From IMG/VR virus record IMGVR_UViG_3300032291_003166: a DNA stretch of 50,722 nucleotides. One strand, given 5' to 3'. Shown here one piece after another: positions 45,198 to 50,722 of the stretch. The number at the start of each line of letters is the position of its first letter. Position 1 is the first letter of the stretch. The notes below the pieces were generated by a model, which saw only the letters and a list, made by a program, of their open reading frames with translations, searched no databases and was not told the DNA's origin. Made by a program: the position numbers and the translations under genes. Origin of the DNA: a virus. Lineage: Duplodnaviria; Heunggongvirae; Uroviricota; Caudoviricetes.

Positions 45198-46262
45198 TTA
45201 GAAATCTAATTTAACTCTCAATAATAATTCTTTTGTGAAATCCTTCACTAGGGGTTTGTTTAATTTAGCTACTGCTAATAAATCTCCTGAGTTGTTATAT
45301 AAACCAACTGTGGTTATATAAGTTTGGGGATTATATATTAATTGAGTATATAATAAATTTCCATTTGAATCAATTACAGTTGGATTCGTTGTATAGTTAA
45401 ATTCACTATTTTTTACACGAGTAAAGAAATAACGTGAAGATATTGTTTCTGAACTTTGTATATTAAATGCTGGGTTTGATGATGAAATAAAGGTATATAC
45501 TCTTCTATTGTTATCATTATAAGTGTAATTACCAGCTGCATATTGAGATGAACTATATTCATTAAATGAAGCTCCAATACCGCCTAAAGCACCTGGTGCT
45601 AAAGCTAATGCTCTTGGGTTTAAAATAATTAAACCTTCATCAGGAATTATAATACCATAAGATCCACTAACTGTGTAGTTAGAAGATGATGGAACTGATG
45701 CTTGAGTATTAACATTAAATGAACCACTTAATATTTGGTAAACACGAGATGTACCAATATAAGTTGATGTAGTAGTCACTGTTGAATCATCAACTAAACC
45801 AATTTGGTTAGCACCATTTTTTAAGTTTAAGAAAAATGAACCTGGGTTAAAGGATTCTTTAAATCTTGCTCTATTAATTGATAATACAATTATATCTTTT
45901 GATGTATATGAACTACCACCAAATTGAAAGGGAGTAGATTCATCACCATATATTAGTGATCTGAATTGTCCGTATATATCTCTTGTAGGTGTTTTATCAG
46001 GTACTAAAGCATTAAAATATGCTGAACCTGAACCTAATATATGTCCATATGCTATTGAAAATTGAGATTCTGCACTTGAACTTGCAGCAATACCTATATT
46101 ATCTTTATAAACATTAAGAAAAAAATCTCCAGACTTTTCAGACTCTTGTGTTGATGAAGAGAAAAAAGTGACAAGATTTGTAAGATCTCCGCTCCACATT
46201 GGAGATACTATAGTATCTGAACTAAGTACTTGATCTTCTGTTTGATAAGCTCCGAAAGACAT
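45198..46262 (-). CDS. Virion structural protein (baseplate/tail-associated)
   Basis: RVKNSEFNYTTNPT...YITTVGLYNNSGDLLAVAKLNKP; lies in the structural cluster. Confidence 0.65.
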   Translation of the reverse strand: MSFGAYQTEDQVLSSDTIVSPMWSGDLTNLVTFFSSSTQESEKSGDFFLNVYKDNIGIAASSSAESQFSIAYGHILGSGSAYFNALVPDKTPTRDIYGQFRSLIYGDESTPFQFGGSSYTSKDIIVLSINRARFKESFNPGSFFLNLKNGANQIGLVDDSTVTTTSTYIGTSRVYQILSGSFNVNTQASVPSSSNYTVSGSYGIIIPDEGLIILNPRALALAPGALGGIGASFNEYSSSQYAAGNYTYNDNNRRVYTFISSSNPAFNIQSSETISSRYFFTRVKNSEFNYTTNPTVIDSNGNLLYTQLIYNPQTYITTVGLYNNSGDLLAVAKLNKPLVKDFTKELLLRVKLDF

Positions 46263-46268
46263 GTTTTA

Positions 46269-46937
46269 TTATGATTTAATAATTGATAAAGGTATTGTAA
46301 TTCTCGCACCACTGTCTCTACCAATAACAGTGATTGTTGTTGTAATTGACTCTCCAGCTTTAGCATTAGTTGGGAACAATGTGTTGATTGTTGTACCAAT
46401 TAATGTAAATGAAGTACCAATAACACTTTGAGATAAACTTGCACCACTTGAATTTGGAGTAGGTGAAGTTAAATTTAAGCCAGTTGTATCAATACCTGTT
46501 CCCTCGAATGTACTAAGGAATCTTGAGTCTCCCACAGTCATTTGATAACCTGATGGTTCAAATGTTGAGGTAGCACCTAAGTAATTTAAGGTTTGAGGAG
46601 TAATATTAAGAGCTGCTGCTTGACGTAATGAAATTGCTGCGTATCCTAAATTCAATACAGGTAATTTACTTGTACCTCTTGGTAAAGTAACTAACTTATA
46701 CTTCATCATTTGAGTTCCATCAGTAAATGCTTCTAATAAAGGCATTGCTTCGATTGCTTCTCCGAAGAAAGCTGATCCTGATGGATGATTAGGATTATAA
46801 AGTGTATAATCAATTTCATCATCTGCTAATGCGAATTGTGTAATTTGAAAAGAACCGTCATTACGGGCTAACAACTCGCGTCCTTTTTTAGTTAGGACGG
46901 CATCAATTGTTACATATTGGTTATCTAAAAAAGCCAT
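46269..46937 (-). CDS. Virion structural protein (baseplate-associated)
   Basis: DAVLTKKGRELLA...ITQFALADDEIDY resembles the T..G...LA...IT.FA.GD motif of baseplate/fibre-attachment proteins. Confidence 0.6.
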   Translation of the reverse strand: MAFLDNQYVTIDAVLTKKGRELLARNDGSFQITQFALADDEIDYTLYNPNHPSGSAFFGEAIEAMPLLEAFTDGTQMMKYKLVTLPRGTSKLPVLNLGYAAISLRQAAALNITPQTLNYLGATSTFEPSGYQMTVGDSRFLSTFEGTGIDTTGLNLTSPTPNSSGASLSQSVIGTSFTLIGTTINTLFPTNAKAGESITTTITVIGRDSGARITIPLSIIKS

Positions 46938-46955
46938 TTGTTAATTATTGTTTAA

Positions 46956-46963
46956 TATAAATA
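46956..46963 (-). promoter_or_regulatory. Putative late promoter box ATATTTATA
   Basis: About 18 nt upstream of the ATG at 46937. Confidence 0.6.
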
Positions 46964-46965
46964 TG

Positions 46966-49900
46966 TTATTGGATAAGAACTGTGTTAAATACTTTACTTC
47001 TAAGTTCACCTACTATATTAGCTATGTTTTTATCAACAGCACTAAGTAAGTTAGCATTTTTTACTATACCACCAGATGTTTGTCCTAGTTTTTTCTTATA
47101 TTGGATTACAATATTTGTTTCATCAGCTATTTTACGAGAGAAAACATATGTTGGAATTGATCGTGGTGTAGCTGAACTTGTACATATATTTAATATAGGT
47201 CTATCTATTTTAAAAGATAAAAAATCTGTACTAGAAGTTGGTGGGTATACATCTGTTATTTCATATTCTAAAGTTTGACGTAAAACAGGAGGTGATTTTG
47301 AATTATCAGCAAATCTAATTAAATCTCCTTTACTTAATTTAAAATTATAATCAACACTAGCTGTATAACCATTGCTTCCTGAAAAACGGAAATTAGGATA
47401 ATGAACAGATTGACCAATTGAACATGATATAATTGTATTATCTATTGCATCTACGGTTAAATTAGCAGAAGTATCTTCAGCTCCAAAATCAAATTGAGAG
47501 TTAGTTCCAGCACGCTGAACATTAACTATATATTCACCATCAGGACTAGCGCCACGAGATTGAAAACTCCATTCTGTCACACTAGTGTTAGCTAACATAG
47601 TGCCAGTGTATGTCCTACTATCTGAATTAAAAATACTAAATCTTAAATTAACATTATATGTTATAACAAGATCTTCATTAGCTAAACCTCCACTTGTTTT
47701 TACAACACGATATCTTAAATAACTTCTTTTAAAGGCTTTTGCTGAAATATATTCTACTTCAATTGTAAACTGGCTTATAGGAGCTGTTCCTACAATATTT
47801 AAAATACCATTTGGATATTTGTTTTCATCAACTTCATATACTAAATTATATGATCCTGTTCTCCATAATACTGGATGGAACTTAAATCCACCAGCAAATA
47901 TTTGTTTGTTTCCATCTAAACCAAATTGGTTAGTTGGATTTACTTTATCAAATAAAGTTAAATTTAATGTTTCACCTGATTTGAATATATTTTGAACTTG
48001 GTATAAATTGTATTTTTGATCTTCTGATAGAATATCATAATCACGTTTTGCTAATTCTGTTAATGAACCTGATTCTTCTATTAAGTATTTTATATAAACA
48101 TTACTTCTTTCAGGCATCGCTAATAAATCAGATCCTGTAGCAATTATTTCAGAGAAGAAAGCATATTGTTTTGTATTTTTATCTATAGATGCATTTTTAC
48201 CAAATAAACCAATATTGTTTGCTGTTGAAAAAATATTATAGTCAGTACTAGTTGTTTTAACACCATCATATCTTGGATTTTTATGACGTGCATATTTATA
48301 AGTAAAATCTTGTAAATAAGCAGTTTCTAATACTTGAGTTAATTTACTTCCACTTGTAATATAACATGATCTTTTTCTAATAGAAGATGACACAGAACTA
48401 GAAACATTATTTAATAAAGCATCATATTCATGAGCCCATATAGATTCTGAATATGAACTTGTAAGATAAGGAGTATATAACTTGAATGGATTTACTTGTT
48501 CATCATAAGCATTGATTGATGCACTTGGTAATTCACCTGTGAAGAAATCTCTAGCATCTGATATTACTGTTACTTTACCTGCTTTACTTTGATATGTAAT
48601 AGGATATAAAGATTGACTATAATCTCCACCATTACTTCCTGTAAAATAAGCAGTGTTGATAGTTACAGTTTCATTATTCTTATTATCAACTGTTGGATTA
48701 TATTTTGGAACACGAGATCTTTCTAATAAGTGAGGTTTAATTACAATACCTGTAGATAAATTAGTTCTAGCAGGAGTAAAATCTTTAAGTGTTCTGAATA
48801 ATGAGTTATGGAAAAACTCAATTAAACGAATATAATCTTTATAGTTGTATTTATTTGTAAATTTCTTAAAGAAATCTGTTTGCAATACTGTTAATTCATT
48901 ATATGATCCTGTTTCAGGATTACCTATAATATCATCTAAGTTATAAGTAGAACCAAATTGTGCTATAATTGCTCTATCAATTTCATCTTGAGGTGATAAA
49001 CTAGCATCCATTAAATGGATGTCTTTTGTAGTAGGAATAAGTGGTTGGATCTCAATACTCTTATTAGGCATTAATTGAGTACCATACTCACTTCCACTCA
49101 CAATTCTAATTTTATCAGTTACTGGGTTAGCATATCCTGAGTTAGCAACATCAGCATAATATGTTTCTGTAAATGAAATATAATTGTTTTTGTTAGGAAA
49201 TTGAGAGAATGAAGCTGTCCATCCTTGAATATTTTGATCAGGTGCTACTGATTTAACACTTGATGTTAAAGCATGGTTGTAAGTATATAAGTTATTTCCT
49301 AATGGAAATCTAGCTGCTAAATCAGCAAATGATGAAGTAGTAAAATTACCTTCAATTGATTCAGGATTTAATACGTGTGAATCAAAAGCAGATTGTGATA
49401 AATAATTAGACCATAATCTTACTTCTTGTAATGAACCGCTAAATGGATAAACACCACCATCACCGAATGATAAAACACCAGCATTATACCATGAAAAGTT
49501 TTGGTTACCGGTTATAGTAAAACTAGCACTTGTTTTATGTCCTATTTCTCCCCATATATTATTTTTTACAAACAATTCATAAGTTTGAGAACTTGTTACA
49601 GCACTTAGTCCTAAATTTGGTTTTGTTTTCTGAACTAATACAGTATACCAACTAGTATCATGATCTGAACCGGTTGTATAAACAGGGATTGTAGATGAAG
49701 TAGTCACAGTATTACCTACTTTAAGTTTAAAATATCCAAAATTACCAGTACTTCCTGAGTAAATTGAATTATTTGATCCTGTTTTAGAGTAAATTAAATC
49801 TAATTGAAAACTAGATCCTTTATAGAATAACGACTGTGTAACAGAAGATAACGGTAGTTGTTGTGGTTTAAATCTAAATTCAATACCATTTGGTGCTATA

Positions 49901-50721
49901 TCACTTAATCCTGTTCTAGCTTTACTTTGTGAAGTATAAGTCCAAGGTATAGTAACAACATTATCACTACCTGATATTTGTAAAGCGTAATTAAATCTAT
50001 CATATTCATATTCGAATGATGAAGTTACTTTATCTACCCCACCATATTCTAATGAACCCATTATTGTAGATGGAATACCAAATATAGTATTTAAATATTG
50101 TACAAAGCGAGTAGTACCTTTTGACTTTAATAATAAAGGTAAGTTACTATATAAACGTTTGTATATACCTTTTTGTTGATCTTGTCCTGATAGTTGATAT
50201 TGAGATGCAGTTACTAATGTTTCATATGAACCAGTATTTGGTAAATAATTACCATTCTCATCTACACCATAAAGATACTTAAACACATTAGTACCATCCT
50301 CATCTGTATAGGTATTAATACCCATAGATTGAAGAGCAAAGTATACTAAATCTTTAGATATACCTTCGTCTAACGCGTTTTTAGCTTTATATAAATCAGT
50401 AATTGCTTTAATGTGAATCCAAATATCATCAAACATTTGTCCAATTGAAGCAGCAAAATTAAACACTAACTCATTATCAGTATTCTCAGTTATATAACTT
50501 GGTAAAGTATATAAAATATAATTTTGGTTATTATCATCATATAATTCAGCTATATCTTGTTGAGTGTAAAACCAATTAACTGCTTGATAATCCGTTGTTA
50601 AATAGTTTGTATATGGTTTAGTACTATTACTCTTAGGCCAAGCATATGAACTAGATTCAAAGTAAAGATATTGTTCATATCCGTCAAAACTTTGAATAGT
50701 ATTATTAATTTTTGTTTGGAA
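46966..50721 (-). CDS. Large baseplate wedge-like protein, partial (start lies beyond the right edge)
   Basis: The frame stays open upstream of the track start (...YLYFESSSYAWPK...LYDDNNQNY...). LPLLLKSKGT, a LamG-like FSGSLQEVRLW segment and LKDFTPARTNLSTGIVIKPHLLER. Confidence 0.75.
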   Translation of the reverse strand, partial: FQTKINNTIQSFDGYEQYLYFESSSYAWPKSNSTKPYTNYLTTDYQAVNWFYTQQDIAELYDDNNQNYILYTLPSYITENTDNELVFNFAASIGQMFDDIWIHIKAITDLYKAKNALDEGISKDLVYFALQSMGINTYTDEDGTNVFKYLYGVDENGNYLPNTGSYETLVTASQYQLSGQDQQKGIYKRLYSNLPLLLKSKGTTRFVQYLNTIFGIPSTIMGSLEYGGVDKVTSSFEYEYDRFNYALQISGSDNVVTIPWTYTSQSKARTGLSDIAPNGIEFRFKPQQLPLSSVTQSLFYKGSSFQLDLIYSKTGSNNSIYSGSTGNFGYFKLKVGNTVTTSSTIPVYTTGSDHDTSWYTVLVQKTKPNLGLSAVTSSQTYELFVKNNIWGEIGHKTSASFTITGNQNFSWYNAGVLSFGDGGVYPFSGSLQEVRLWSNYLSQSAFDSHVLNPESIEGNFTTSSFADLAARFPLGNNLYTYNHALTSSVKSVAPDQNIQGWTASFSQFPNKNNYISFTETYYADVANSGYANPVTDKIRIVSGSEYGTQLMPNKSIEIQPLIPTTKDIHLMDASLSPQDEIDRAIIAQFGSTYNLDDIIGNPETGSYNELTVLQTDFFKKFTNKYNYKDYIRLIEFFHNSLFRTLKDFTPARTNLSTGIVIKPHLLERSRVPKYNPTVDNKNNETVTINTAYFTGSNGGDYSQSLYPITYQSKAGKVTVISDARDFFTGELPSASINAYDEQVNPFKLYTPYLTSSYSESIWAHEYDALLNNVSSSVSSSIRKRSCYITSGSKLTQVLETAYLQDFTYKYARHKNPRYDGVKTTSTDYNIFSTANNIGLFGKNASIDKNTKQYAFFSEIIATGSDLLAMPERSNVYIKYLIEESGSLTELAKRDYDILSEDQKYNLYQVQNIFKSGETLNLTLFDKVNPTNQFGLDGNKQIFAGGFKFHPVLWRTGSYNLVYEVDENKYPNGILNIVGTAPISQFTIEVEYISAKAFKRSYLRYRVVKTSGGLANEDLVITYNVNLRFSIFNSDSRTYTGTMLANTSVTEWSFQSRGASPDGEYIVNVQRAGTNSQFDFGAEDTSANLTVDAIDNTIISCSIGQSVHYPNFRFSGSNGYTASVDYNFKLSKGDLIRFADNSKSPPVLRQTLEYEITDVYPPTSSTDFLSFKIDRPILNICTSSATPRSIPTYVFSRKIADETNIVIQYKKKLGQTSGGIVKNANLLSAVDKNIANIVGELRSKVFNTVLIQ

Positions 50722-50722
50722 A

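Noticed and set aside
46208-46399. 63-aa minus-strand ORF
   Set aside because: It is an alternative-frame overlap of two well-supported structural genes with no independent signal.
1525-47278. All + strand ORFs in the track (e.g. 1525..1746, 11520..11993, 40191..40580, 46982..47278)
   Set aside because: They lie antisense to well-supported minus-strand genes, and their low-complexity sequences mirror the sense-strand repeats (GV-rich opposite TPS, S-rich opposite Glu-rich).
1-50722. Diversity-generating retroelement or invertase-based fibre switching
   Set aside because: No reverse transcriptase, recombinase, TR/VR pair differing at adenines, or inverted gene segment was seen in this window.
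1-50722. Stop-codon reassignment
   Set aside because: Core genes (MCP, portal, terminase, primase) are intact in the standard code, and the few TAG/TGA stops coincide with sensible gene ends.
1-50722. tRNA or rRNA genes
   Set aside because: Intergenic gaps are short and none shows a cloverleaf with T-loop/D-loop consensus.

Overview
A 50.7-kb, very AT-rich segment of a large T4-like (myovirus-type, probably jumbo) phage genome. Essentially every real gene is on the minus strand, and the + strand ORFs in the track are antisense shadows. In transcription order (right to left) the window holds: baseplate-type structural genes; a cassette of modular genes built on Thr-Pro-Ser repeats; a GIY-YIG protein, primase and a PD-(D/E)XK exonuclease; a long block of small, mostly unknown proteins and enzymes, many with shared N-terminal leader motifs (likely head cargo); a spanin-like pair; terminase, portal, prohead protease, scaffold and major capsid; PhoH; neck and tail-completion genes (gp13/14/15-like); and tail-fibre-like genes. 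A Bacteroidota host is inferred from a Gln-after-signal-peptide protein, A-rich ribosome-binding regions and TTATATT promoter boxes; this is not proven. Best leads: (1) a family of capsid-targeting-like leaders on about 15 proteins, including a five-module enzyme polyprotein with (I/L)xE sites at its domain junctions; (2) a TPS-repeat module-shuffling cassette that appears to have split a baseplate paralog in two; (3) two promoter classes, one being the T4 late box in inverted orientation; (4) structured RNA leaders upstream of a fibre gene and the scaffold gene. Family calls come from motif recognition by eye; no database searches were run.
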